A DNA stretch of 64,000 bases from Bacteroidales bacterium. Its GTDB lineage: Bacteria > Bacteroidota > Bacteroidia > Bacteroidales > UBA1402. This document shows, piece by piece, positions 9,575-19,048 of this stretch (positions are counted from its first letter, which is position 1; the number at the start of each line of letters is the position of its first letter). The stretch is taken from positions 8,661-72,660 of the forward strand of contig JAFSRR010000091.1 in NCBI GenBank assembly GCA_017446025.1. The letters run 5' to 3'. The notes under the pieces are model-generated. The model made no database searches and had not been told where the DNA came from. It saw nothing but the letters and a program-made list of their open reading frames with translations. Both the position numbers and the translations under genes were made by a program.

Positions 9575-12360
9575 AGCTTATTTTTTAAAAAGGTGGCAGT
9601 ATAACTTTCGGGGCAGGAGAGCAATTGCTCGGGCCGGCCGCTGAACAACAGCCGGCCGCCGGCGTCACCGCCTTCGGGCCCCAGTTCGATGATATGGTCG
9701 GCACACTTGATGACTTCCAGGTTGTGCTCGATGACAATGACCGTATGGCCGCAGGCGATCAGGTCGCCCAGGGCCTTGAGCAGCACCTGGATGTCGTGGA
9801 AATGCAAGCCGGTGGTGGGTTCGTCGAAAATGAAGATGGAGGGCTTGGGCTGCTCCTGCCCCAGGAAATAGGCCAGTTTGACACGCTGGCTCTCGCCGCC
9901 CGACAGCGACGAGGACGACTGTCCCAGCTTGATATAGCCCAGGCCGACCGCCTGCAGGGGTTTCAGCCGTTTGATGATCTTGCGCTCGGTGGGACCGGGG
10001 GTTTCGCCGAAGAATTCGATGGCCTGGTTGACGGTCATTTCCAGCACATCGTAGATATTCTTGCCGCGATAGGTCACCTCCAGCACTTCGGGCTGGAAAC
10101 GCTTGCCGTGGCAGTGTTCACAGACTATGACAATATCGGCCATGAACTGCATGTCGACGTGCTCGACGCCTTCCCCCTGGCAGTTTTCGCATCGGCCGCC
10201 CTCCTGGTTGAAGGAGAAATAGGCGGCCGGTATGCCGAGTTGTTTGGCCAGGGGCTGGTCGGCAAAGAGCTTGCGGATCTCGTCGTAGGCCTTCAGGTAG
10301 GTCACGGGGTTAGAACGTGAAGAACGGCCGATGGGGTTCTGATCAACAAACTCGATGTCGTCGACCAGATGCAGATCGCCGCGCAGTTCGCGGAAAATGC
10401 CCGGCCGCTCGGCCGTCTCGCTGATCTTTTTCTTGACTCCCAGGTAGAAAACATCCCTCACCAGCGAAGATTTGCCCGAGCCGCTCACTCCCGTTACCAC
10501 AGTGAGCACATTCAAGGGGAACTTCACGGTGACTTCCTTGAGGTTGTGCTGGCAGGCCGAAACCACTTCGATATAGTTTTGCCACGGCCGGCGGAAAGAG
10601 GGCAGGGGAATCTGTTCGCGACCACTCAGGTAATCGATCGTATAGCTGTGCTTCTCGAGTGATTTGGACACTTTGGGCAGTTGCCTGGTCGGGCCCTGCC
10701 AGACCACTTCCCCACCCAGCCGGCCGGCTTCGGGCCCCATGTCGATGATGTAGTCGGCCTGGCGGATCATTTCTTCGTCGTGCTCGACCACGACCACCGT
10801 GTTGCCCAGCGACTGGAGCTCGCGCAGCACGGCGATGAGCCGGTCTGTGTCGCGGCTGTGCAGACCGATGCTGGGCTCGTCCAGCACATAGAGCGAGCCC
10901 ACCAGGCTGCTGCCCAGCGAAGTCACCAGGTTGATGCGCTGGCTTTCGCCGCCCGACAGTGAATTGGACAAGCGGTTCAAGGTGAGATAGCCCAGACCGA
11001 CATCCAGGAGCAGATGCAGCCGGTGACGGATTTCAGTGAGCAGGCGTTCGGCCACGGCGGCCTCCGTCTCGTTGAGCGACAACTTGTCGAAAAAGCCGAC
11101 AAGCTCACTCACAGACATCTCGATGAGCTCGGGCAAGGTGCGTCCGCCCACCTTGACATAGGAGGCGGCTTGCTTGAGGCGGGTGCCGTGGCAGAGCGGA
11201 CAAACGGTCTTGCCCCGGTAGCGGGCCAGCATCACCCGGTTTTGTATCTTGTATTGTTTTTCTTCCAGTTGGCGGAAAAACTCGTTCAGGCCATAGAAAT
11301 GCTCGTTGCCCTCCCAGACCAGGCGGCGCTCTTCTTCGCTGAGCTGGTACCAGGGCTTGAACACGGGCACACCCGATTTTTCACCGGCCGAGATCAGGTA
11401 GCGCTTCCATTCTCCCAGGATCGGCCCGCGCCAGGGGGCGATGGCATCGTCGTAGATGGAACGCGACTTGTCGGGCACAATCAGGTCTTCGTCCAGTCCG
11501 ATCACCCGGCCGAAGCCTTCGCATTTGGGGCAGGCCCCGATGGGCGAATTGAAACTGAACATCAGATCGCTGGGCTCTTCAAACACCATGCCGTCGGCCT
11601 CGAATCGGTCGGAGAACTGGCGCAGCTGCTCCCCTGCGGGGGCATACATACGTATCAAACAGCTGTGCTTGCCCTCGTAGAAGGCCGTCTCGATGGAATC
11701 GTACAAGCGCGAACGGGTGAGCCGGTCGCTCTGTACGGCCAGGCGGTCGATGACCAGGCAAACGGAGTGTCCTGCCAGGGCAACCAGTGGATCGGGTTGC
11801 TGCGAAAGATCGTCCAAACGGAGCATCTCCCCGTCGGCGTCCAGGCGGCTGAAGCCCTGCTGCATGAGTTCCTGCAACTGTCCGGCCGTGTCAATCTGCA
11901 CAGGGCACATCACCACAAAGCGGGTGCCCTCGGGAAAGGATTCGACATAGTGGATCACATCCTCGACGGTGTGCCGCTTGACTTCCTCGCCCGATATGGG
12001 GGAATAGGTACGGCCCACCCGGGCGAACAGCAGCCGGAGGTAGTCGTAGATCTCGGTCGAAGTGCCCACCGTGGAGCGGGCGTTGCGGTTGATGACCTTC
12101 TGTTCGATGGCGATGGTCGGCGGGATGTTGCGAATGAAATCCACCTCGGGTTTGTTCATCTTGCCCAGAAACTGCCGGGCATAGGCCGAGAGGCTTTCCA
12201 CATAGCGACGCTGCCCTTCGGCATAGAGGGTGTCGAAGGCCAAAGAAGATTTGCCCGAACCCGACAGGCCGGTAATGACCGTGAACGAGTTCAAGGGTAT
12301 CCTGACACTGACGTTTTTCAGGTTGTTGACCCTGGCTCCCTGTATCTCAATGTATTTCAT
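9571..12360 (-). CDS. uvrA: Excinuclease ABC subunit A
   Basis: 929 aa. The N-terminus is MKYIEIQGARVNNLKNVSVRIPLNSFTVITGLSGSGKSSLAFDTLYAEGQRRYVESLSAYARQFLG. There are two ABC ATPase modules (GVSGSGKSS, LSGGESQR twice) and zinc-finger Cys clusters. Confidence 0.95.
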   Translation of the reverse strand: MKYIEIQGARVNNLKNVSVRIPLNSFTVITGLSGSGKSSLAFDTLYAEGQRRYVESLSAYARQFLGKMNKPEVDFIRNIPPTIAIEQKVINRNARSTVGTSTEIYDYLRLLFARVGRTYSPISGEEVKRHTVEDVIHYVESFPEGTRFVVMCPVQIDTAGQLQELMQQGFSRLDADGEMLRLDDLSQQPDPLVALAGHSVCLVIDRLAVQSDRLTRSRLYDSIETAFYEGKHSCLIRMYAPAGEQLRQFSDRFEADGMVFEEPSDLMFSFNSPIGACPKCEGFGRVIGLDEDLIVPDKSRSIYDDAIAPWRGPILGEWKRYLISAGEKSGVPVFKPWYQLSEEERRLVWEGNEHFYGLNEFFRQLEEKQYKIQNRVMLARYRGKTVCPLCHGTRLKQAASYVKVGGRTLPELIEMSVSELVGFFDKLSLNETEAAVAERLLTEIRHRLHLLLDVGLGYLTLNRLSNSLSGGESQRINLVTSLGSSLVGSLYVLDEPSIGLHSRDTDRLIAVLRELQSLGNTVVVVEHDEEMIRQADYIIDMGPEAGRLGGEVVWQGPTRQLPKVSKSLEKHSYTIDYLSGREQIPLPSFRRPWQNYIEVVSACQHNLKEVTVKFPLNVLTVVTGVSGSGKSSLVRDVFYLGVKKKISETAERPGIFRELRGDLHLVDDIEFVDQNPIGRSSRSNPVTYLKAYDEIRKLFADQPLAKQLGIPAAYFSFNQEGGRCENCQGEGVEHVDMQFMADIVIVCEHCHGKRFQPEVLEVTYRGKNIYDVLEMTVNQAIEFFGETPGPTERKIIKRLKPLQAVGLGYIKLGQSSSSLSGGESQRVKLAYFLGQEQPKPSIFIFDEPTTGLHFHDIQVLLKALGDLIACGHTVIVIEHNLEVIKCADHIIELGPEGGDAGGRLLFSGRPEQLLSCPESYTATFLKNKL

Positions 12361-12365
12361 CCGAA

Positions 12366-15300
12366 TTATCTAAGCATGACTTTCCGGGCTTCGTCCAGGC
12401 CGCTGCCCTGGAGACGGACCACTACCACCCCCTGGTACTGAGGCAGGCTGATGCTGGTCGTCGGCCCGTAGAAGCGGTGTCGGCCCAGCAGCCGGCCCGA
12501 CAAATCGGTCAGACTGAGGCTGAAGGCTTCTCCAGTGGAAGCGCCGGAGACTGAAACCAGTACCCGGCCACCGGCCGATTGCCACAACCGGACGCGGCAG
12601 CCTCCCTCTTCGGGCATACGTTCCATACGGATGGCCACTGCTTGACTGGTCTCGAAGCAACCCAGATCGGGGGCCTCGCCTTCGTAGGTGATGCCGACGG
12701 CCACCCGGCTCTCGCCCTCATAGGGGCTGACGGGCGTACCCTTGTCGATGAGGCGGGTGTTACCCTCAGTGGGGAACATGAAGGCCACCTCGGGCAACTG
12801 GCCATCGGCGGCGCGGTCGGCCAGGGTCTCCTGCCAGTCGATGCTGCGAAAATCGGCCGGCAGACAGTTCATATCGGAGGTGACAAAGGTGCCGTTGACC
12901 TGCCAGACGCCATAGGCGGATTTCTTCATATCGGAAACGCCGTCGCTGATGGCTACGCAGTTGGTCAGGCGGATTTCGTGGTTGGCGGCCACGGCCTCGT
13001 AGAAGCGGTAGGTGTAATTGCCCTTGGAACTGCTCTTGGCCGAGTAGCCGCTGCAGTTGTTCAGTATCATCGAACCGCGGTTGTGGTTCTGGTCGAAGTC
13101 TTTGTTGAGGTTTTCAAAAGCCAGGCAGCGGTTCAGGATGACGTTGTTGCGACCGTATTCACTGCCCAGTTTGAAGCCGTTGCCATTGCCGCTGCTGGCC
13201 TGGCCGTTTTCCAGGAAGCCGTTGTGGAAGGCCCAGCAATATTCGAAGGTGGTGGTGATGTCGTCGGGGAAGCCGCCGTCGGTCTTGATGAAGCCGTCCC
13301 AGCCGTCGTCGCTGTTGTCCCAGGCGCGGCAGCCGTAGAAATAGTTGCCCGTGCCATGGGAGATCTTCACGGCGAAACCGTCGGCGTCACCGTTGTCGGG
13401 ATCACAGTTGAGATAGGCGTCGCAGTTGATCACCACATTGTTTTCGGCCAGGTTTTTCATCTGCAGGCCCGTGTCACGGTTGCGGTAGAAGCGGCAGTTC
13501 TCCACCACATTGTGATGGCCCAGGTGGGTGCTGTCCTTGACGGAGGCATAGTTGCCGCCCGAAGGCTTGTTGCGCTCGATCAGCAGGCCGTTGTCGCCCG
13601 CCCCGCAAATGTCGATGCCATAGATATGCCAGTAGCTGCCCGTCAGGCGCATGCCCTGGTTGTTGTCGCCCAAAGCCATGGCCGAGAAATCCAGGATGGC
13701 CCGGCCGCCACGGGCAAACAGGGCAATCATGCCGCTCTGCTGACGACCCACCGCCCCGGCGTTGAGCCGCTCGGTATAGCGGTAGGTGCCGGCCTCCATG
13801 TAGATAGTGTCGCCGGCCACCACCCGGTCGATGGCTTTCTGTACGTTGTAATAAGGATGCTCCAGGCTGCCGTCGGCTGTGGCATCGTTGCCCTCGGGGG
13901 AGACATAATAGACATGGTGGGCATAGGTGGGCAGCACCTTGACACCGGTGGTCCAGCTTCGCAGCTCACCAAAGCTCATGCCAGCCTCGTTGACGGCATA
14001 GGTCTTGAAATAGTAGGTGGTTTCGGGATTCAAACCGATAATGGCCGTGAAGGTGTTGCCCACCAGTCGGGCCACCACCTTTTGGCTGGAGACTTCGGGA
14101 TGGTTGCCGAGCCCGAAGCAGACCCCCACCTCGGAGGGTACGCTGCCGCCGTCGTCGGTGACCGTACCGCTGAGCTTGACATAGCACAGGCGTTCGTCGT
14201 CGCCATCTTCCAGGGCGGCCACTTCACCGCTCACGACCGTCGGGGCAATGGGAGGCTCGGTGGTGAACTGCGCGATCTCGCCCAGACCGACCCCCGACAA
14301 ACTGATGACAAAGGCCCGGTAGCGGATGGTCCTGCCTGCCGGCAGACCGTTCAAAGTGACGGTGAAATCGGCTTCACTGGCGGCAACTGTCTGATAGGAG
14401 TAGTCAGGATCGGCTTCGGCGGCCCAACAGATACCCCAGGCCAGGGGCGTCTTGTCGCCGGGGGCAACCAATTGGCCGCTCACACGGGCCGTGGTACGGG
14501 TCACCTCCGTGGCTGCGCCGGTGGTGACCGTGCCGGCTGTGCCGACGGGATAGGCGGTGATGCAAATATTGTCGATATCGGCATCCTTGCTCTCTTCGTT
14601 GGCCAGTTTGATGCGGTTCACCCGCGTGTCGGCAATCAGCACCTCATTGTAAGTGTCCGTGAGGATATTGGCGGCCAACTGCCAGGTCTGGCCCTGGTCG
14701 TACGAGGTATAGAGATTCAGTTCCTTCTCGGTGCGGCCTTCGTTGAACGACACCTTGACCACCCCTTGCGAAAGGACCGGCGATATGACATACGAAGTGC
14801 TCTTGAGCATGCGCAGGGCACAATGCGTGCCGTCGGGGATGTAATCGACATTGGTCGAGCACCAAGCATTTTTGTAGCGCCACTCGCCCTGGCCTTCGAC
14901 CGGGAAGGCGACCTCGCTGGAAGCATCGGCATTGGTGGCGGGATACTGGCTCTTGTCTTCAAAATCCTGCGTGAAATAGGGAATCCGCCAAGGCGTGGTG
15001 ACCTCGCTGCTGTCGGCCGTGGAGCCGTCGTAACGGGTCACGATCAGGTTGTCGATGTAGACCTGGCCATTGGAGGTGGTGCTCAGGCGGACATAGCGCG
15101 CCGAGGCATCATTGATCTCGACCACATGCCTGATCCAGCTCTGGGTATTGGCCTTGAAATTCTCCACCAGGGTCCAGTTGGTGCCGTCGCTGGACACTTC
15201 CACATTGGCCTCGCGGTTCTGCACCCAGGCATAATAGAAGAGCGTACCGGCGCCGTCGGCCAGCCGGGGGCTGACAAAACCGGCCTTGTTGCTCAGCTTG

Positions 15301-15521
15301 AGGCTGTAAGTGCCTTGATAAGCCTGCTCGGTGCTCTGGATGTTCTTGTTGGTGGTCCAGGTGCCGGTCGCAGCCGTTACCGTGGTGGCTGCCGTGCTCC
15401 AGGCCTCCTGCTCGAAAGTTTCCATGCGATAGGTGTAGTCCTGGGCGGACAAAGCCGTACTGAGCAGGCAGACAATGGCTGCCAAGGTGATTTTCATCGG
15501 GCGGATGGTTTTCATAATCAT
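12366..15521 (-). CDS. Secreted multidomain right-handed beta-helix protein (pectate-lyase PL9-like) with a T9SS C-terminal sorting domain
   Basis: The likely start is MIMKTIRPMKITLAAIVCLLSTALSAQ; the ORF track extends upstream to 15617. There are two N-terminal CBM-like modules. The beta-helix core carries NQGMRLTG...GDNGLLIE...NRDTGLQMK...DADGFAVK...NSDDGWDGF...GNGNGFKLG repeats. The C-terminal ~80 aa (...LSLTDLSGRLLGRHRFYGPTTSISLPQYQGVVVVRLQG...KVMLR) resemble a Por_Secre_tail CTD. Confidence 0.75.
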   Translation of the reverse strand: MIMKTIRPMKITLAAIVCLLSTALSAQDYTYRMETFEQEAWSTAATTVTAATGTWTTNKNIQSTEQAYQGTYSLKLSNKAGFVSPRLADGAGTLFYYAWVQNREANVEVSSDGTNWTLVENFKANTQSWIRHVVEINDASARYVRLSTTSNGQVYIDNLIVTRYDGSTADSSEVTTPWRIPYFTQDFEDKSQYPATNADASSEVAFPVEGQGEWRYKNAWCSTNVDYIPDGTHCALRMLKSTSYVISPVLSQGVVKVSFNEGRTEKELNLYTSYDQGQTWQLAANILTDTYNEVLIADTRVNRIKLANEESKDADIDNICITAYPVGTAGTVTTGAATEVTRTTARVSGQLVAPGDKTPLAWGICWAAEADPDYSYQTVAASEADFTVTLNGLPAGRTIRYRAFVISLSGVGLGEIAQFTTEPPIAPTVVSGEVAALEDGDDERLCYVKLSGTVTDDGGSVPSEVGVCFGLGNHPEVSSQKVVARLVGNTFTAIIGLNPETTYYFKTYAVNEAGMSFGELRSWTTGVKVLPTYAHHVYYVSPEGNDATADGSLEHPYYNVQKAIDRVVAGDTIYMEAGTYRYTERLNAGAVGRQQSGMIALFARGGRAILDFSAMALGDNNQGMRLTGSYWHIYGIDICGAGDNGLLIERNKPSGGNYASVKDSTHLGHHNVVENCRFYRNRDTGLQMKNLAENNVVINCDAYLNCDPDNGDADGFAVKISHGTGNYFYGCRAWDNSDDGWDGFIKTDGGFPDDITTTFEYCWAFHNGFLENGQASSGNGNGFKLGSEYGRNNVILNRCLAFENLNKDFDQNHNRGSMILNNCSGYSAKSSSKGNYTYRFYEAVAANHEIRLTNCVAISDGVSDMKKSAYGVWQVNGTFVTSDMNCLPADFRSIDWQETLADRAADGQLPEVAFMFPTEGNTRLIDKGTPVSPYEGESRVAVGITYEGEAPDLGCFETSQAVAIRMERMPEEGGCRVRLWQSAGGRVLVSVSGASTGEAFSLSLTDLSGRLLGRHRFYGPTTSISLPQYQGVVVVRLQGSGLDEARKVMLR

Positions 15522-15719
15522 TGTTTTGAATTGAATGACGATGCCGACATCTTTTCGCCGGCCTAAACGGACAAAATTACAATTTTTTTCTGTGATGATG
15601 CGGCAAGAAATGGACAAAAAACCAGAAGGGCGCGATTATTTACATTTTCATGGCCTTCGATTTTGCTTTTCGCTCGGTTTGCATTACCTTGCATGCCTGT
15701 ATTATCAAACACAAGCATT

Positions 15720-16559
15720 ATGAATCTCTCGAAGAAAATCATCATCACCGTCGCCCCGGTCTGCCACATTGGCAAGAAGATACCCGCCGGCTGCAAGAAT
15801 CCTCTGACACCGGAAGAAATCACAGAAGATGTGCTCAATTGCGCCGAGGAGGGTGCCTGCATGGTGCACCTGCATACGCGCGACCTGAAGGGCGAACAGA
15901 CCTTCGACCTGACTGTCTTCCAGCAGACCATCGACATGATCCATGCCCACAGCGACATCATTATCCAGGGCTCCACGGGCGGCCTGTCGTCGCTCAGCCT
16001 GGAAGAGCGCTGCGTCTGCCTCAATGTGCCCGATGTGGAGATCGCCTCCCTCAACATGGGCTCGGTCAACTTCGGAGAGACCGTCTATATCAACACCCTG
16101 CCCGACATCCGCTATTGGGCCGACCGCATGAAGAAGGCCAACGTCATCCCCGAAATGGAGCTGTTCGACCTGAGCATGGTCGAGACCTGCACCCGGCTGG
16201 CCGACGAAGGCGTGCTGCAGCGTCCGCTGCACTACAATTTCTGCCTGGGCCCGGGCAATTCGAGCAATCTCTCGGCCAAAGCAAGTGTGCTGCAATGCCT
16301 CCTGTCGCTGGCCGAAAGCGGCAGCTCATGGGGCCTGAACCACGACGCGATGGCCGACCAGTCGTTCCTGGCCTGCGCCGTCGGCATGGGCGCCAACGCC
16401 GTCCGTGTGGGATTTGAGGACAGTTTCTACTACGCACCGGGCAAGGTGGCAGCCAACAATGCCGTCCTGGTCAGACACCTGGTGGCCCTCATCCGTCAGA
16501 TGGGCTACGAGCCCGCCACGGCCGAGGAAGCCCGCATCATGTTAGGCATCAAACGATGA
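15720..16559 (+). CDS. Beta-keto acid cleavage enzyme family protein (BKACE / 3-keto-5-aminohexanoate cleavage enzyme-like, DUF849)
   Basis: MNLSKKIIITVAPV...NPLTPEEITEDVLNCAEEGACMVHLHTRD...IIIQGSTGG...ASLNMGSVNF...RVGFEDSFYY are hallmark BKACE TIM-barrel motifs. I chose the ATG at 15720 over the longer track ORF starting at 15663. Confidence 0.8.
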   Translation: MNLSKKIIITVAPVCHIGKKIPAGCKNPLTPEEITEDVLNCAEEGACMVHLHTRDLKGEQTFDLTVFQQTIDMIHAHSDIIIQGSTGGLSSLSLEERCVCLNVPDVEIASLNMGSVNFGETVYINTLPDIRYWADRMKKANVIPEMELFDLSMVETCTRLADEGVLQRPLHYNFCLGPGNSSNLSAKASVLQCLLSLAESGSSWGLNHDAMADQSFLACAVGMGANAVRVGFEDSFYYAPGKVAANNAVLVRHLVALIRQMGYEPATAEEARIMLGIKR

Positions 16560-17986
16560 ACCATCTTTCCTACTCAACAGTACTGCAGCAATATCCCGAA
16601 ACCGCGGGTGATTGCCGCAGGGATATCCGCCAGCTGCTCAACCGGCAACGCATCAAGCTGGTGGTCATGGACGACGACCCCACGGGTATCCAGACGGTCC
16701 ATTCCTGCCGACTGGTGACCGATTGGCAGGCCGACAGCCTCGGGGCCGCCCTGGCTGACGAAGCCCCTTTCTTTTATGTGCTGACCAACACCCGGGCCAT
16801 GACCCGCGACGAGGCAGCCCGTGTCACTGCTTCGGCCATGCAGGCCGTCGTGGAGGCCAACCGCAAGCAGGGTTTCCGACTGGTGTTCATCAGCCGGAGC
16901 GACTCCACGCTGCGCGGCCATTTCCCGCTCGAGACCGACCTGATGGCCCAGGGATTGCGCCACAACGGCCAGGCACTCTGCCCGGTCACCTTCTTTGCCC
17001 CGGCCTTTTTGGAAGCCGGCCGCTACACCCTGCTGGGCTGTCACTACCTCAAGGACGGCGACACGTTGATCCCGGTCTCGGAGAGCGAGTTTGCCCGCGA
17101 TAATGTGTTTGCCTACCATTCGGCTGTGTTGAAAGATTATATCGCCGAGAAACTCGGCACCGATGACTTCTTCTACCGCAACTTGCCCCTGACGGAGTTC
17201 CCCGGCCTGACACCGGCCCAGCGGCTGCAGACTTTGGGAAGTTTGATGGATCTGGCCCGCGCCGAAAGCCGTCCGGCCTACATCAGCGTGGACGCCCTGC
17301 GCTACAGCGACCTGCAGGCTTTTGCCCTGACGCTGCTGGAGTGGATGGGCTCTCACGACGAGGCGGTGGTGATCCGCAGCTCTTCCTCGCTGCCCAAGGC
17401 CATGAGCGGCATCGACGACCGGCCCCTGCTGGGTCGCGAGGATTTTGTGGGCAAGGATGCCGTTTCGGCTCCGGGACTGTTCATCGTCGGTTCCCATGTC
17501 AAGAAATCGACCGCCCAGCTCAACGCCCTGCTCAAATGCCAGGGCACGGTGGGCATCGAACTGGACATCCGCAGCATCCTGGACCATCCGCAAGAGCTGT
17601 CCGACGAGGTGCAGGCCCGGCTCAAGGACCTGGCCGCCCAAGGACTCTGCCCGGTGGTCTATACCTCGCGTCAGGAAGTGCGGCTCGACAATGCCGACGA
17701 ACGGCAGCGGCTGGGCCAGCAGGTATCGGATTTCCTGGTGTCGATCGTGAGCCATTTGAGCTATCGGCCCTCCTGGCTGGTGGCCAAAGGGGGCATCACT
17801 TCGCACGACATCCTCACCAAGGGCCTCCGCGTACGCACCGCCCAGGTGATGGGTCAGATCCTTTCGGGCGTGCCTTGCCTTCGCACCGCCCAGGATGCCG
17901 CCATTCCCCGCCTGCCCTACGTCATTTTTCCCGGCAACGTCGGAGAGGAATCCTCCCTGGCCCAGGTCTTCGAAAAACTACGGTAA
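16556..17986 (+). CDS. Four-carbon acid-sugar kinase family protein (DUF1537, OtnK/DtnK-like)
   Basis: 476 aa. The N-terminal ...IKLVVMDDDPTGIQTVH... and C-terminal ...LVAKGGITSHDILTKGL...VIFPGNVG are typical of DUF1537 kinases. The ATG overlaps the BKACE stop (ATGA). Confidence 0.8.
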   Translation: MNHLSYSTVLQQYPETAGDCRRDIRQLLNRQRIKLVVMDDDPTGIQTVHSCRLVTDWQADSLGAALADEAPFFYVLTNTRAMTRDEAARVTASAMQAVVEANRKQGFRLVFISRSDSTLRGHFPLETDLMAQGLRHNGQALCPVTFFAPAFLEAGRYTLLGCHYLKDGDTLIPVSESEFARDNVFAYHSAVLKDYIAEKLGTDDFFYRNLPLTEFPGLTPAQRLQTLGSLMDLARAESRPAYISVDALRYSDLQAFALTLLEWMGSHDEAVVIRSSSSLPKAMSGIDDRPLLGREDFVGKDAVSAPGLFIVGSHVKKSTAQLNALLKCQGTVGIELDIRSILDHPQELSDEVQARLKDLAAQGLCPVVYTSRQEVRLDNADERQRLGQQVSDFLVSIVSHLSYRPSWLVAKGGITSHDILTKGLRVRTAQVMGQILSGVPCLRTAQDAAIPRLPYVIFPGNVGEESSLAQVFEKLR

Positions 17987-17989
17987 GAA

Positions 17990-19015
17990 TCAGGGCAGCA
18001 GCTGCGGCCAGCCGTCGGGAGTCCAGCCCACGGAGCGCTGGATAAGCAGGGCGGCACCGTTTTGCGTGGCGCTGTAGCCGTGACAGATGAAGATGTCCTG
18101 GCCGTCGAAATTGTAAACGGCGCAATGCCCTGCGGCTTCCCATTCCTTTTTGTCGCCTTCCAGGAAAAGAGTACCGCCGCCCTTGGCCATATCCAAGCCT
18201 TCATGGTCGAGGTAGGGACCGTCCACTTGTCTGCTGCGGCCCACAGCCACCCGGTAGTTGCTTTGGGCGCCCCGGCAACAGTAGTCCCACGACACAAACA
18301 GATAATAATAGCCGTCGTGTTTGAAAATGAAGGGCGCCTCGATGGCGTTCGTCCCCGCGTAGCGCGAAGTGGGATTGGGCTCCGACGGGGTGAAGCCGGG
18401 ATCGTAGCGGCGGGCGATGGTACGGGGCCGTTCGCCTGCAGCGATATGCATGGTGGAATCGAGCCGGGCCATCTGGATGCCGTCCCAGAACGAGCCCCAG
18501 ACCAACCAAGGCTGGTCGGAACCGTCGATGACAAAGTTGGGATCGATGGCATTCCAATTGTCGCGATGCTCGCGCGAAGAGACTATGCAACCCTCGTCTT
18601 TCCACAGACCGGCGCCAAGAGAGCGGCTGCTGAGCAATCCGATGGCCGAGCCGTTCCGCCCGAAAGACGAGCAACTGTAGGCCATCCACCAGCGTCCATG
18701 CCAACGGATGATGTCGGGTGCCCAGACATGACTGTCGAAGCGGGGCACGGAATCGGTGGTCCAACCCGGAATGACCGACATCACCGGCCGGCGCGTCACA
18801 GTCCATGTCTGCCGGTCGCTTGAGGTCATTTGCTGGATACCCATGCCGGTGGCAAACAGATAATAGGTATCGCCGTCCTTGGCCATGACGGGGTCATGGA
18901 CCGAAGGCTGTCCGGTCTGGTAGGATTCACTCCTTGGCCGTTGGCGTTGCTGGGCGACAGCCGTCAGGCAAACACCCAAGACGGCCATGACAAGAAGAAA
19001 GGCGATCTTTTTCAT
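17990..19015 (-). CDS. Glycoside hydrolase family 43 (endo-1,5-alpha-L-arabinanase-like)
   Basis: Signal peptide MKKIAFLLVMAVLGVCLTAVAQQ. Motifs: VHDPVMAKDGDTYYLFATG, WAPDIIRWHGRWWMAYS, NAIDPNFVIDG..WLVWGSFWDGI, IEAPFIFKHDGYYYLFVSWD. Position 19042 is a TTG, so I prefer the ATG at 19015. Confidence 0.85.
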   Translation of the reverse strand: MKKIAFLLVMAVLGVCLTAVAQQRQRPRSESYQTGQPSVHDPVMAKDGDTYYLFATGMGIQQMTSSDRQTWTVTRRPVMSVIPGWTTDSVPRFDSHVWAPDIIRWHGRWWMAYSCSSFGRNGSAIGLLSSRSLGAGLWKDEGCIVSSREHRDNWNAIDPNFVIDGSDQPWLVWGSFWDGIQMARLDSTMHIAAGERPRTIARRYDPGFTPSEPNPTSRYAGTNAIEAPFIFKHDGYYYLFVSWDYCCRGAQSNYRVAVGRSRQVDGPYLDHEGLDMAKGGGTLFLEGDKKEWEAAGHCAVYNFDGQDIFICHGYSATQNGAALLIQRSVGWTPDGWPQLLP

Positions 19016-19048
19016 AGTCGATAGTTTCCGGCGATTATTCAAAAAATG

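Noticed and set aside
15521-15617. Upstream extension of the PL9-like ORF (track start at 15617) and similar N-terminal extensions at 15663, 25470, 30111, 34596, 37553, 38112, 38608, 43553, 52141, 53733, 57234, 58106, 59299 and 61067
   Set aside because: In each case an internal ATG immediately precedes a classical signal peptide or the conserved family N-terminus, and it often lies downstream of a TAnnTTTG box. The extensions have no homology-like content, so I used the shorter coordinates.
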